Shown here piece after piece: positions 30,401-39,720 of a DNA stretch of 64,000 bases (position 1 is the stretch's first letter; every line of letters starts with the position of its first letter). Both the position numbers and the translations under genes were made by a program. This DNA is from Desulfobacterales bacterium. GTDB taxonomy: Bacteria > Desulfobacterota > Desulfobacteria > Desulfobacterales > SpSt-501. The stretch lies in assembly GCA_037481615.1 (NCBI GenBank), contig JBBFLI010000016.1; one strand, given 5' to 3'. The notes below the pieces were generated by a model that made no database searches, was not told the origin of the DNA, and saw only the letters and a program-made list of their open reading frames with translations.

Positions 30401-30466
30401 CCGCAGGGCCTCGCCTTCGGCGTCGACCAACTCCGGGTGAAGGGCGATCTCCAGTCGGGCGGGCAT
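27449..30466 (-). CDS. purL: Phosphoribosylformylglycinamidine synthase II with an N-terminal PurS-like extension
   Basis: 1005 aa with AIR-synthase-related repeats (TGETHNSPS, DNGGGGLSS). The first ~90 aa resemble PurS. Confidence 0.88.
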   Translation of the reverse strand: MPARLEIALHPELVDAEGEALRRKAREYFGIETRRIRTVQILMLDAAFSAEELERLRREIFTNPVTQRSAFGTLALPADWVLWVGLRPGVRDNAGATAVEAIEDLLGRRLSPGEAVYTSKRYCIEARQASRRDLERIASELLANDLIQQWRLWAAAEWDPEKGVGLVVPRVRLERRPTVGSIPVATDEELLRISRERGLALHPRDVPVIRAYFQDPRVREARRALGLSDPTDVELEYISQARSDHCNHNTFRGRFQYREAGGDVVETIDSLFATYIEEPTLAIAREKPWVVSVLWDNAGAGRLDDEHYYVITGETHNSPSNMEAYGGAITGIVGVYRDPLGTGRGAKLILGGWGFCVGPRDYAGPLRPRLHPRRLLDGVVEGVRDGGNKSGIPTVFGQVLFDPGYMGKCLVFVTAVGLMPARVAGEPSEQKTTTAGDLIVMCGGRVGKDGIHGVTASSEVFSEHTPAGHVQIGDPYTQKKMHDFLLEARDEGLIRFITDNGGGGLSSSIGESARFANGAEVALEKVPLKYAGLDPWEIWVSESQERMTVAVRPEDVGRFLELSRLHGVESTVIGRYTDSGKLHITYEGETCAYVDLDLLRAGFPQWEFEAEWIPPERRGLAEPVLGEPEDLSRLLLDLLAGPNLASTEWIPRQYDHEVQGGSVIKPLVGVSRDVPADAAVLRPLLSSRRGLAYAQAILPFYSRIDAYAMTACTIDEAFRRVLAVGGDPDHVGGVDNFCWPSIQYDPVGNPDGRFKAAQLVRACRALKETCLAYGIPLLSGKDSMYVDGHLPGRYGERHKVSALETMQFSTISVVEDIRRCVSPDVKIAGDLLFVAGVTRDELGASEYYRHLGYTGLRVPQVRCAEFLPLYRAIAALVREERIASLHGIYRGGLAVHLALIAIAGGLGLRVETRDVPAEGVRRLDTLLFSESAGRFLFTAAPERREEIEERLRGLPVACIGEVLREPRLEIRGPGGEVALAVGLEDLRDAWKRPFGHLARGGKGEG

Positions 30467-30479
30467 CGGGCGAACCCTT

Positions 30480-31550
30480 TCAGGAGCTGAAGAAGAGCCG
30501 GGTGATGTCGTTGTAGAAGACGAGAATCATCAGCATGATCAGGAGCACCATCCCCACCTGCTGGGCGATTTCACGCACCTTGAGCCGGACAGGACGGCCG
30601 CGCACGGCCTCGATGGCGAAGAACAGGAGATGCCCTCCGTCCAGCACCGGGATCGGCAGGAGGTTGATGACGGCCAGGTTCACGCTGATGACGGCGATGA
30701 ACTGAAAGAGGCTTGCGATCCCGGCCCGCGCCTGGTCGCCCGCCATCTGGGCGATCATGAGGGGGCCCCCGACCGTGTCGACGGGGAGGCCGCCCGTGAG
30801 CAGCTTGGCCACGATGCGCACCATGACGGCGACGATCCCGGCCGTCTGACGCAGGCTCTCGGCGGCCGCCTCGACGATGCCGAGCGGGCGGGTTTCGACC
30901 GCACCGGCGCTGCCGATCCCGATGATGTAACGCGGCGTTTCCTCGCCCAGGAGGTTGCGTGTCATCGAGGGCTCGGGGGTGACCCGCAAAACCCGGCGGC
31001 TTCCCTCCCGTTCCACGGTGATCGCGATTTCCCGGCCGAGGCTGCCGTGGATGCGGTCGGCCATGGCTTCCCAGGAGTCGACCGGCATCCCGTCGACGGC
31101 CAGCACGCGGTCTCCGGGCTCGAATCCCGCCGACCGCGCCGGCGAGGGGTCCCGGACCATCCCGATCACCGGCTGCAGGATCGTGATTCCCGCGGCGAAG
31201 GCGATCACCCAGAAGATCAGCAGCGCGAGCAGGATGTTGAAAAAGGGGCCGGCGAAGACGATCAGCATCCGCTGCAGGACGGGCTTGTGGGTGAAGGAGA
31301 GCGGGATCTGCTCCGGGGGGAGCTCCTCGTCGGGTTCCTCGCCCACCATCTTCACGTAACCGCCGAGCGGGAGAAGCGAAATGCGGTAATCGGTCAGCCC
31401 CAGTTTCCGGCCGAAAATCCGCGGGCCGAAGCCGAGGGAGAATTTCTCGACTCCGACGCCGAAGAGCCGGGCCGTGAGGAAGTGGCCGAACTCGTGGAAG
31501 AAGATGAGGATGCCGAGAACGATCAAAAAGGCGAAGAGGCTGTGTCCCAT
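30480..31550 (-). CDS. rseP: RIP (site-2) zinc metalloprotease RseP
   Basis: 356 aa with the HEFGH motif in the first TM helix, a PDZ domain and NLLPIPVLDGGH. Confidence 0.9.
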   Translation of the reverse strand: MGHSLFAFLIVLGILIFFHEFGHFLTARLFGVGVEKFSLGFGPRIFGRKLGLTDYRISLLPLGGYVKMVGEEPDEELPPEQIPLSFTHKPVLQRMLIVFAGPFFNILLALLIFWVIAFAAGITILQPVIGMVRDPSPARSAGFEPGDRVLAVDGMPVDSWEAMADRIHGSLGREIAITVEREGSRRVLRVTPEPSMTRNLLGEETPRYIIGIGSAGAVETRPLGIVEAAAESLRQTAGIVAVMVRIVAKLLTGGLPVDTVGGPLMIAQMAGDQARAGIASLFQFIAVISVNLAVINLLPIPVLDGGHLLFFAIEAVRGRPVRLKVREIAQQVGMVLLIMLMILVFYNDITRLFFSS

Positions 31551-31617
31551 AACGTTCCTCGGTATGCCACCCCCGGGCGGTCGGTTTCCGATCTATAGGA
31601 CCCGCGATGAGGGGGGG

Positions 31618-32781
31618 TCAAGCCCGGTGTATGTCGATCCATTCCTGCGCCGCAACGCGCGCCTCCCGGTCGGCGGCGAGCACCGCCTCGAGCGTCTCCC
31701 CGGCCTCGGCGGGGCGCCGCCGCAGGGCGTACTCGACGACCCGGGCGATGTCGGTGAAGCCGATGCGCCGGTCGAGAAAGGCGCCCACGGCCACTTCGTT
31801 CGCGGCGTTCAGCACGGCGGGGGCGGTCCCCCCCGTGCGGGCGGCTTCGAGGGCGAGCGCCAGGCAGGGAAACCGGCCGGGTTCCGGCGCGGAAAAAGAA
31901 AGCTCGAGCCCGCGGGCGAAGGCGGGCAGCGGCTGGCCGAGCGGCAGCCGCTCGGGGTGGGAGAGCGCGTAGGCGATGGCCGCGGCCATGTCCGGCACCC
32001 CCAGTTGCGCCATCACGCTTCCGTCCCGCAAGGCGACCATCGAGTGAACGATGCTCTGGGGGTGGATCACGACCTCGATCTTCTCCGCCGGGACGGAGAA
32101 AAGGCGCATCGCCTCGATCACCTCCAGCCCCTTGTTCATGAGCGTCGCCGAGTCGACGGTGATCTTGGGCCCCATCGACCAGTTCGGATGCCGCAGCGCC
32201 TCCTCGGGGGTCACGCTCCCGAGGCTTGCCGCGGGGCGGTCGCGGAAAGGCCCGCCCGAAGCGGTGAGCAGGATCCGCTCCAGATCCTCCGACGGGCGGC
32301 CCTCCAAGCACTGGAAGACGGCGCTGTGCTCGCTGTCGACCGGCAGAAGCCGCGCGCCGCACGCGGCGGCCCGCCGAGCGACGATCCCCCCGGCCATGAC
32401 CAGGGTTTCCTTGTTGGCGATCGCGACCGTCTTGCCGGCCTCGACGGCGGCAAGCGTCGGCCCCAGCCCCGCCGCCCCGACGACGGCGTTGAGCGTGACA
32501 TCCGCCGACTCCCAGGCGGCGACCCGCCGGTAGCCTTCCTCACCGCAAAAGATCCGTGTCCGCAGGCCCGCGGGGAGCCGGGCCGCGAGTTCGCGGGCCG
32601 TCGCTGCGTCGCCGACGGCGGCCGCTTCCGGCCGGAACGTGCGGATCTGCTCGGAGAGGAGCTCCACGTTGCGGTGCGCGGCGAGAGCACAGACGGCGAA
32701 GCGATCGGGGAAGCGCGCGACGATCCGCAGGGCGCTCCGGCCGATCGAGCCCGTCGATCCGAGGATGGAAAGCCGTTTCAT
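31618..32781 (-). CDS. dxr: 1-deoxy-D-xylulose 5-phosphate reductoisomerase
   Basis: Start at MKRLSILGSTGSIGRSAL (CAT at 32779-32781). It has the motifs LPVDSEHSA and NKGLE. Confidence 0.92.
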   Translation of the reverse strand: MKRLSILGSTGSIGRSALRIVARFPDRFAVCALAAHRNVELLSEQIRTFRPEAAAVGDAATARELAARLPAGLRTRIFCGEEGYRRVAAWESADVTLNAVVGAAGLGPTLAAVEAGKTVAIANKETLVMAGGIVARRAAACGARLLPVDSEHSAVFQCLEGRPSEDLERILLTASGGPFRDRPAASLGSVTPEEALRHPNWSMGPKITVDSATLMNKGLEVIEAMRLFSVPAEKIEVVIHPQSIVHSMVALRDGSVMAQLGVPDMAAAIAYALSHPERLPLGQPLPAFARGLELSFSAPEPGRFPCLALALEAARTGGTAPAVLNAANEVAVGAFLDRRIGFTDIARVVEYALRRRPAEAGETLEAVLAADREARVAAQEWIDIHRA

Positions 32782-32818
32782 GGCGTCCGGGGTCATCCTT
32801 CCGGGGGAGCGGCGATCG

Positions 32819-33655
32819 TCAGAGCGGGGCGAGGCAGAGACGGAGGCCGAAAGCGACGGGGGCGGCGAAGAGCAGCGCGTCCAGCCGGTCCAGGATCCCG
32901 CCGTGCCCGGGGAGAAGCGCGCCCGAGTCCTTGACCCCCGCCGCGCGTTTCCAGCAGGATTCGAAGAGATCCCCCGCCTGTCCCGCCAGGCCGACCAGCC
33001 CCCCGAGAAGCGCACCCCCCGCGCCGGGGATTTCGGGGAGAAAAATCACCGTCCCCCCCCATCCCACGAGAAGGCTTGCGACGAGCCCCCCGAGGGCCCC
33101 TTCCCGGGTCTTTCCCGGGCTGATCGCCGGGGCGAGCTTGCGCTTGCCGAAGAGGTGGCCGACATAAAAGGCGGCCGAATCCCCGGCGAAGACCACCGCA
33201 CAGGTGAGAAACACCCACACCATCCCCTGCGGCGCCGCACGCAGGGCGATGAAGAGCGCGAGCGGGAGCGCAAGGTAACTCACCCCGAGCACTTGCCGCG
33301 CCGCCTCCTCCAAGGCCGACCGGTCGGAAGGGAAACGCCGCAGGCAGAGCGCCCCGCAGCAGACCAGGTGCAGGGTGGGGACGGCGAGCATCGCCGCCTC
33401 GTGACCGGAATGGGCGGCCGCGGCCAGAGCGACGGCCGCCGCGTAGCCCAAAAGACTCCCGGGATCGAGAAACCCCGCACGCCGCGCGCCCCGGGTGAGC
33501 CCCTGATATTCCCAAAGGCAGCCGAGGGCGGCGATCAGGCAGAGCAGGGAAAAGGCGATCCCGCCGGCGAGGACGCAGGCGACCAGCACCGCCAGGGCGG
33601 CAAGGGCCGTCCCCCAGCGCCGGGTGTGTTCCGCCGATCGCAACGCCTCGCGCAT
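32819..33655 (-). CDS. cdsA: Phosphatidate cytidylyltransferase
   Basis: Start at MREALRSAEH. This is a polytopic membrane protein with the C-terminal signature KRAAGVKDSGALLPGHGGILDRLD. Confidence 0.85.
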   Translation of the reverse strand: MREALRSAEHTRRWGTALAALAVLVACVLAGGIAFSLLCLIAALGCLWEYQGLTRGARRAGFLDPGSLLGYAAAVALAAAAHSGHEAAMLAVPTLHLVCCGALCLRRFPSDRSALEEAARQVLGVSYLALPLALFIALRAAPQGMVWVFLTCAVVFAGDSAAFYVGHLFGKRKLAPAISPGKTREGALGGLVASLLVGWGGTVIFLPEIPGAGGALLGGLVGLAGQAGDLFESCWKRAAGVKDSGALLPGHGGILDRLDALLFAAPVAFGLRLCLAPL

Positions 33656-33677
33656 GGGCCCCTCCTTGCCCCCCGCG

Positions 33678-34418
33678 TCAGACGCGGCCGAAACGCCGTT
33701 CGCGCCGCGCAAAAGCGTCCAGGATCTCCTCGAACTCGCGACGGCTGAAATCGGGCCACAGGGTCGGGGTGACGAAGAGCTCCGTGTAGGCGATCTGCCA
33801 GAGAAGAAAGTTGCTGACCCGCATCTCGCCTCCGGTCCGGATCAACAGGTCGGGGTCGGGGACCCCCGCCGTGTCGAGGTGGAGGGCGAGCGTCTCCTCG
33901 CCGATCTCTTCCGGCCGGAGCCGTCCGGCCAGCACCGCCTCCGCGAGCCGGCGCGCCGCGCGGGCGATTTCATCTCTCCCGCCGTAGCTCAGGGCCAGGT
34001 GGAGCTGCAAGCCCCGGTTTTCCCGGGTTTCCTCGGCGACGCGCCGCAGGGCCTCGCGCACGTCGTCGGGCAGGGTCTCGATCCTTCCGATCGGGTGCAG
34101 GTGGATATCGTTCTGGACGAGCCCGTCGCGCTCTTTCTCGATGAACCGGCGCAGCAGCCCCATCAGCGCGTTCACTTCGCCCGCGGGTCGCTGCCAGTTT
34201 TCCGTGGAGAAAGCGTAGAGCGTGAGGTGGGCGATGCCCAGCTCCCGGCAGGCGCGCACCACCATGCGCACGGTGTCCGCGCCCTTCTCGTGGCCGGTGA
34301 TGCGGGACATCAGCCGCCGGTTCGCCCAGCGGCCGTTTCCGTCCATGATGATCGCGACATGTACCGGAAGGGCCGCCCCGGGGCCTCCGGAGGGGCGGGA
34401 GGCGTTCTCAGAACTCAA
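33678..34418 (-). CDS. uppS: Isoprenyl transferase (undecaprenyl diphosphate synthase)
   Basis: 246 aa with HVAIIMDGNGRWA and FSTENWQRP. Confidence 0.9.
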   Translation of the reverse strand: MSSENASRPSGGPGAALPVHVAIIMDGNGRWANRRLMSRITGHEKGADTVRMVVRACRELGIAHLTLYAFSTENWQRPAGEVNALMGLLRRFIEKERDGLVQNDIHLHPIGRIETLPDDVREALRRVAEETRENRGLQLHLALSYGGRDEIARAARRLAEAVLAGRLRPEEIGEETLALHLDTAGVPDPDLLIRTGGEMRVSNFLLWQIAYTELFVTPTLWPDFSRREFEEILDAFARRERRFGRV

Positions 34419-34965
34419 GGATCTCTTTCTCTTTTTCTTTGAAACAGCGATCGACGAGCTCGGTGTGCTCGTCGGTCATCTTCTGGATCTTCTCCTGGGC
34501 CTTGAACGCCTCGTCCTCCGAAATGCCGCCGTCCTTTTTCAAGGCCTTCACCCGCTCATTGGCCTCGCGGCGGATGTTGCGGATGGAGACCTTGTGCTCC
34601 TCGCAGATCTTGTTCACGAGCTTGACGAGTTCCTTGCGCCGCTGCTCGGTGAGCGGCGGCACGGAGATGCGGATCAGCTTGCCGTCGCTCGTCGGCGTCA
34701 GACCCAGGTCGGCCTTGAGGATCGCCTTTTCGATCTCCTTGATGACCGAGGCGTCCCAGGGCTGGATGGTGATCAGCCGGCTCTCGGGCACGGCGAGCGT
34801 CGCCAGCTGCTGCAGCGGGGTGAGGCTTCCGTAGTAGTCGACCTTCACGCCGTCGAGCAGGGAGAGCGAAGCCCTCCCCGTGCGCAACCGTTTGAGATCG
34901 CGTTTCAGATCCTCGATCGCCTTCTCCATGCCCTGCCGCGCCTCGCGGTAGATGTCTTCGATCAT
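34408..34965 (-). CDS. frr: Ribosome recycling factor
   Basis: 185 aa. Length and sequence are typical of Frr (…TGRASLSLLDGVKVDYYG…). Confidence 0.95.
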   Translation of the reverse strand: MIEDIYREARQGMEKAIEDLKRDLKRLRTGRASLSLLDGVKVDYYGSLTPLQQLATLAVPESRLITIQPWDASVIKEIEKAILKADLGLTPTSDGKLIRISVPPLTEQRRKELVKLVNKICEEHKVSIRNIRREANERVKALKKDGGISEDEAFKAQEKIQKMTDEHTELVDRCFKEKEKEILEF

Positions 34966-34989
34966 GGCTCGCGTTCAACCTCCCGCCTC

Positions 34990-35712
34990 TCAGGGGTGGA
35001 TACGGGTTCCGACGTCCTCGCCGCAGACGACGCGGCGGATGTTGCCCGGGGTCTTCAACCGGAAAACGGCGAGCGGCAGGTCGTTGTCCATGGCGAGCGA
35101 AATGGCCGTCATGTCCATGATCTTGAGCTGCCGCTCGAGCACCTCCATGAAGCTCACCGAAGGCAGCAAGCGGGCATGGGGATCCGTCGCCGGATCGCGG
35201 TCGTAGACGCCGTCGACCTTGGTCGCTTTGAGCAGGATCTCCGCGTGGATCTCCTGGCCCCGCAGGACGGCGGCCGTGTCGGTCGTGAAGTAGGGGTTGC
35301 CGGTGCCGGCGGCGAAGATCACGACCCGCCCCTTCTCCAAGTGCCGGATCGCCCGCCGCAGGATGTAGGGTTCGGCCACCTGGTGCATGCCGATCGCCGT
35401 CTGGACGCGCGTCGGGACTCCCTTCTTCTCGAGCGCGTCCTGGAGGGCAAGGCTGTTGATCACCGTCGCCAGCATGCCCATGTGGTCGGCGGAGGTCCGG
35501 TCCATGCCGTAGGAGCTGGCGGCGATGCCGCGGAAGATGTTGCCGCCTCCGACGACGACCGCGGTCTGGACGCCGAGCCGCACGATGCCGCGGAGCTCCT
35601 CGGCGACGAAGCGGATCATCTCCGGGCTGATGCCGAACTCCTGCTCGCCCATCAGGGCTTCGCCGCTGATCTTGACGATGACCCGCCGGTAACGGGGTCC
35701 CTCCACGCTCAC
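34990..35712 (-). CDS. pyrH: UMP kinase
   Basis: 240 aa with [13 protein letters not shown] and [11 protein letters not shown]. Confidence 0.95.
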   Translation of the reverse strand: MSVEGPRYRRVIVKISGEALMGEQEFGISPEMIRFVAEELRGIVRLGVQTAVVVGGGNIFRGIAASSYGMDRTSADHMGMLATVINSLALQDALEKKGVPTRVQTAIGMHQVAEPYILRRAIRHLEKGRVVIFAAGTGNPYFTTDTAAVLRGQEIHAEILLKATKVDGVYDRDPATDPHARLLPSVSFMEVLERQLKIMDMTAISLAMDNDLPLAVFRLKTPGNIRRVVCGEDVGTRIHP

Positions 35713-36305
35713 TCCCCCACCTGCATGCGCACGAAGCGACGGATGGTGATGTTTTCGCCGATCTTGGCGATCATCTCGTTCAAGAGATCGGCGATCGTGA
35801 TGTCGGGGTTGCGCACATAGCGCTGCTGCAGGAGGCAGTTGTCTTCGTAGAACTTCTTCAGCTTGCCCTCGACGATCTTCTCGATCACCTTGTCCGGCTT
35901 GCCCGTCTCCTTCGCCTGGGCGGTGTAGATTTCGCGTTCCTTGGCGATGACCTCGGCGGCGATGTCCTCGGGGCGGACCCCGAGGGGGTTGGCGGCCGCG
36001 ATGTGCATCGCGAGGTTGCGCGCGAATTCCTGGAACTGCTCGTTCTTGGCGACGAAATCGGTCTCGCAGTCGACCTCGACCAGGACCCCGAGCTTGCCGC
36101 CGTGGTGGATGTAGGCGGCGATCGTCCCCTCCGCCGTCGCCCGTCCCGCCCGCTTCTGCGCCGTCGCCAGCCCCTTCTTGCGCAGGACCTCGACCGCCCG
36201 CGTGAGGTCGCCGCCGGCGGCGGCGAGCGCCTCCTTGCAGTCCATCATCCCCGCCCCGGTCTTCTCCCGGAGTTCCTTGACCAGCTTGGCACTGATCTCG
36301 CTCAT
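35709..36305 (-). CDS. tsf: Translation elongation factor Ts
   Basis: Start at [27 protein letters not shown] (CAT at 36303-36305, ATGA overlap with rpsB). 198 aa, a short-form EF-Ts. Confidence 0.93.
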   Translation of the reverse strand: MSEISAKLVKELREKTGAGMMDCKEALAAAGGDLTRAVEVLRKKGLATAQKRAGRATAEGTIAAYIHHGGKLGVLVEVDCETDFVAKNEQFQEFARNLAMHIAAANPLGVRPEDIAAEVIAKEREIYTAQAKETGKPDKVIEKIVEGKLKKFYEDNCLLQQRYVRNPDITIADLLNEMIAKIGENITIRRFVRMQVGE

Positions 36306-37204
36306 CGTTCCTCCACCGCGGTCTCTTCCGCGTCCATGTCCTCCCCGCCGGCCGCCGCGGGCGGAACCTCGCCCGGCGCCCGTCGGATCACCTCGATCAC
36401 CGGCCCCCCGCCGCCTTCGGAAATGATCTTGCGCTCGCCGGGCTTGAGATCCGCGGCGACGGCGAGCGGGGCCGGCTCTTCGATCGGCGCCTTGTCCGCC
36501 TCGGCCTGGAGTTTCTCCTGCCACCGCTGGCGGCCCTCGATGCAGGCGTCGGCCATGCGCGAGGTCATGAGCCGGATGGCGCGGATGGCGTCGTCGTTTC
36601 CCGGAATGGGGTAATCGATCACGTCGGGGTCGCAGTTCGTGTCCACCACGGCGACGATGGGGATCTTCAGCCGCCGGGCCTCGTGCACGGCGATTTCCTC
36701 GTTTTTGGGGTCGATCACGAACATCGCACCCGGCAGGCGGTCCATGTTGCGGATGCCGCCCAGGTTCCCGTCGAGCTTTTCGCGTTCCTTGGAGAGCTTC
36801 ATCCGCTCCTTTTTCGGGAACAGGTTGATCGAGCCGTCGTTGTGGATGGTGTTCAGGTAATTCAGCCGCTCGATGCTCTTGCGGATGGTCTGGAAGTTGG
36901 TGAGCATGCCGCCCAGCCAGCGATTGTGCACGTAGAACATCTCGCAGCGGTTGGCCTCTTCGTAGATCGCCTCCTTGGCCTGCTTTTTGGTTCCCACGAA
37001 GAGCAGGGATTTGCCGTCGGCGACGGTCTCCACGACGAAGTCGTAGGCCGTCTTGAACATCTTGACGGTCTTCTGCAGGTCGATGATGTAGATCCCGTTG
37101 CGCGCCCCGAAGATGTAAGGCTTCATCTTCGGGTTCCAGCGCTTGGTCTGGTGCCCGAAGTGCACGCCGGCTTCGAGCAGCTCCTTCATCGTCACGTAGG
37201 CCAT
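36302..37204 (-). CDS. rpsB: 30S ribosomal protein S2 (with ~60-aa C-terminal extension)
   Basis: Start at [25 protein letters not shown] (CAT at 37202-37204). 300 aa. Confidence 0.95.
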   Translation of the reverse strand: MAYVTMKELLEAGVHFGHQTKRWNPKMKPYIFGARNGIYIIDLQKTVKMFKTAYDFVVETVADGKSLLFVGTKKQAKEAIYEEANRCEMFYVHNRWLGGMLTNFQTIRKSIERLNYLNTIHNDGSINLFPKKERMKLSKEREKLDGNLGGIRNMDRLPGAMFVIDPKNEEIAVHEARRLKIPIVAVVDTNCDPDVIDYPIPGNDDAIRAIRLMTSRMADACIEGRQRWQEKLQAEADKAPIEEPAPLAVAADLKPGERKIISEGGGGPVIEVIRRAPGEVPPAAAGGEDMDAEETAVEER

Positions 37205-37299
37205 GGGTTTCTCCTTTCGGTTGTTTTCCTCCGCCGCCTTCGCGCAGGCCTCCACCCCGGAAGCCGGGGCACCGGGAGGCCTGATCCGGCGGCGTGCGG

Positions 37300-37327
37300 G
37301 ATATAGAACACGGCGTCTTTTCGTAAA
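37300..37327 (-). promoter_or_regulatory. Candidate sigma-70 promoter for rpsB-tsf (TTTACG-N16-TATATC on the minus strand)
   Basis: CGTAAA at 37322-37327 and GATATA at 37300-37305 on the plus strand, just downstream of the prmC stop and about 95 nt upstream of the rpsB ATG. Confidence 0.35.
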
Positions 37328-37330
37328 CTG

Positions 37331-38266
37331 CTATTTATATTCCATGATCGGGTCCGGTGGCAAGATCTTTTTCGCAATCCGGAGCACCCGGTCCCGTCCG
37401 GCGAGATCCTGCAGGCAGGCGACCTCCGCCCGGCGCCCGCTTTCGGTTGCAAGCCGCTCGAGCGCTTCGCGCTGGTCTTCGCCGATCTCGAGGATCATGA
37501 AGCCGCCCGGGGCGAGAAACGGCCAGCCCCCCGCCAGGATCGCGCGGTAGGCCTCGAGGCCGTCCGGCCCGCCGTCGAGGGCCGCCCGCGGCTCGAAGAG
37601 GGCGATCTCCGGCTGGAGGGCCGCGATCCGGCCGCTCGGGATGTAGGGCGGGTTGGAGACGATGAGGTCGAAGGTCCCCGCCCCCGGCCTCAGGGCCGAG
37701 AGCCAGTCCGCGACCCAGAAGCGAATCCGCCCGCCGCAGCCGTGGGCGAGGGCGTTACGCCGCGCGGTCCGGACCGCCGCGGCGGAACGGTCGCTTGCGA
37801 AGTAGCGGTGCTGCGGGGCCTCCCGGGCGAGCGCGATCACGATGGCCCCCGAGCCGCAGCCGAGCTCGAGCACCCTCAAGGGGCGCGTCGACGGGCCGCC
37901 GCCGAGCACCTCGAGGGCGGCCTCGACCACGCGCTCGGTTTCCGGCCGCGGGATCAACACCTCGGGGCCGACCTCGAGATCGAGGCTCCAGAAGCCACGG
38001 CGCCCGGTGAGATAGGCGGTCGGCTCCCGGCCCAGGCGCCGTTCGACCAGCTCGCGGAAAGCGGCCGCCTGCCCGGAAGAGAGCGACCCCCGGGGGTCCC
38101 GGTAGAGATCCCCGCGGTCGCATCCCCGGACGAAGGCGAGAAGGATCTCCGCCGTCAGGCGCGGGCTGTCGATGCCGCGTTCCGCGAAGGCCCGCGCGGC
38201 CTCCTCCAGGCAGGCGGCCACGGTGCGCGGCGGCTGCGGCTCAGGCGGGCTCGGCGTGGTCTTCAT
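37331..38266 (-). CDS. prmC: Peptide chain release factor N5-glutamine methyltransferase
   Basis: 311 aa with the SAM motif [10 protein letters not shown] and the NPPY catalytic motif. It lies downstream of prfA and overlaps it. Confidence 0.85.
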   Translation of the reverse strand: MKTTPSPPEPQPPRTVAACLEEAARAFAERGIDSPRLTAEILLAFVRGCDRGDLYRDPRGSLSSGQAAAFRELVERRLGREPTAYLTGRRGFWSLDLEVGPEVLIPRPETERVVEAALEVLGGGPSTRPLRVLELGCGSGAIVIALAREAPQHRYFASDRSAAAVRTARRNALAHGCGGRIRFWVADWLSALRPGAGTFDLIVSNPPYIPSGRIAALQPEIALFEPRAALDGGPDGLEAYRAILAGGWPFLAPGGFMILEIGEDQREALERLATESGRRAEVACLQDLAGRDRVLRIAKKILPPDPIMEYK

Positions 38267-39320
38267 GCTGCAGGGCCTGCGCCTGAAAATGGACGACCAG
38301 GGCGTCGATCAACTCCTGGATCGCCCCTTCCAGGATGCTCTCCAGCCGGTAGAGGGTCAGGCCGATCCGGTGGTCGGTGACGCGGTTCTGCGGGAAGTTG
38401 TAGGTCCGGATGCGGCCGCTGCGGTCCCCCGTGCCCACCTGGCTCTTGCGCTCCTCGGCCCGCCGGCGCTCCTGCTCCTGGATCTTGAGATCGAGCAGCC
38501 GCGAGCGCAGCACCTTGAGCGCCTTGTTCTTGTTCTTGAGCTGGGATTTTTCGTCCTGGCAAATGACGACGAGCCCCGTGGGCAGATGGGTGACGCGCAC
38601 GGCGGAGTCCGTGGTGTTGACGCTCTGCCCGCCGGGGCCGCCGGAGCGGAAGACGTCGATCCGGAGTTCGGCGGGGTCGATGGCGACATCGACCTCTTCG
38701 GCCTCGGGCAGCACGGCCACGGTGACCGCCGAGGTGTGGATCCGCCCCTGGGTCTCGGTGACCGGCACCCGCTGCACGCGATGAATGCCGCTTTCGTACT
38801 TGAGCAGGCTGTAAGCGCCGCGGCCCTGGATCCGGGCGATGATCTCCTTGTAGCCGCCGACCCCCGTTGCGTGCGCGGAGAGCACCTCGACCTTCCAGCC
38901 CCGGTCCTCCGCGTAGCGGCTGTACATGCGGAAGAGATCGCCGGCGAACAGGGCCGCCTCTTCGCCGCCGGTTCCGGCGCGGATTTCGAGGATGACGTTC
39001 TTTTCGTCGTTGGGGTCGCGCGGGAGAAGCATGCGGCGCAGTTCCCGCTCGAGTTCCTCGCGCCGCGCGGAAAGCGCCGTGAGCTCTTCGCGCGCGAGCG
39101 CGCGGATCTCGGGGTCGCCGTCTTCGCAGAGGGCCCGCGCCTCCTCGAGACGCGCTTCGGTTTCCTTGTAGGCGCGGAAGGCACTCACGACACGGCCGAT
39201 CTCCGCGTGCTCGCGCACCGCCTTCTGGTAGGCGTCGCGGTCCGCGAGAAAGGCCGGATCGCTCAACCGGCGCTCAAGATCCAGATAGCGGCTTTCCACC
39301 CCTTGCAGCTTTTCCAGCAT
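38241..39320 (-). CDS. prfA: Peptide chain release factor 1
   Basis: 359 aa with the PAE-type (PEAEE) tripeptide region and the GGQ motif ([12 protein letters not shown]). Confidence 0.95.
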   Translation of the reverse strand: MLEKLQGVESRYLDLERRLSDPAFLADRDAYQKAVREHAEIGRVVSAFRAYKETEARLEEARALCEDGDPEIRALAREELTALSARREELERELRRMLLPRDPNDEKNVILEIRAGTGGEEAALFAGDLFRMYSRYAEDRGWKVEVLSAHATGVGGYKEIIARIQGRGAYSLLKYESGIHRVQRVPVTETQGRIHTSAVTVAVLPEAEEVDVAIDPAELRIDVFRSGGPGGQSVNTTDSAVRVTHLPTGLVVICQDEKSQLKNKNKALKVLRSRLLDLKIQEQERRRAEERKSQVGTGDRSGRIRTYNFPQNRVTDHRIGLTLYRLESILEGAIQELIDALVVHFQAQALQHEDHAEPA

Positions 39321-39462
39321 GGTCGGCTCTCCGCCGGCGGCAGCGCGACCCCCGCGGCGCGGGAGTCCCGCCGATCGACGTCCGGGGATTCTCGGGGGTT
39401 GGGTGCCTGCCGGCCCGGCCCCGCCGGGGCCGGGCCGGACGCGTCAAGGCGGGTCTGCGGGG

Positions 39463-39687
39463 TTAGGCGTTTTTCGGCGGGTTCTGGAACTTTTCGTACT
39501 TCTTGCGGAAGCGCTCGATGCGGCCGGCCGTATCCACGAGTTTCTGCTTGCCGGTGAAAAAGGGGTGACAGCTCGAGCAGATTTCGACGGTGATGTTGGC
39601 CTTGGTGGACCCGGCCTCGATCACGTTGCCGCAGGCGCAGCGGATTTTGACCTCCGGGTGGTACTCCGGGTGAATCTTCTCCTTCAT
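39463..39687 (-). CDS. rpmE: 50S ribosomal protein L31
   Basis: 74 aa, [21 protein letters not shown]...[10 protein letters not shown] (Zn-binding form). Confidence 0.93.
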   Translation of the reverse strand: MKEKIHPEYHPEVKIRCACGNVIEAGSTKANITVEICSSCHPFFTGKQKLVDTAGRIERFRKKYEKFQNPPKNA

Positions 39688-39720
39688 GGCTCACGTCCTT
39701 TCCGGACCCCGAACGGCCGC

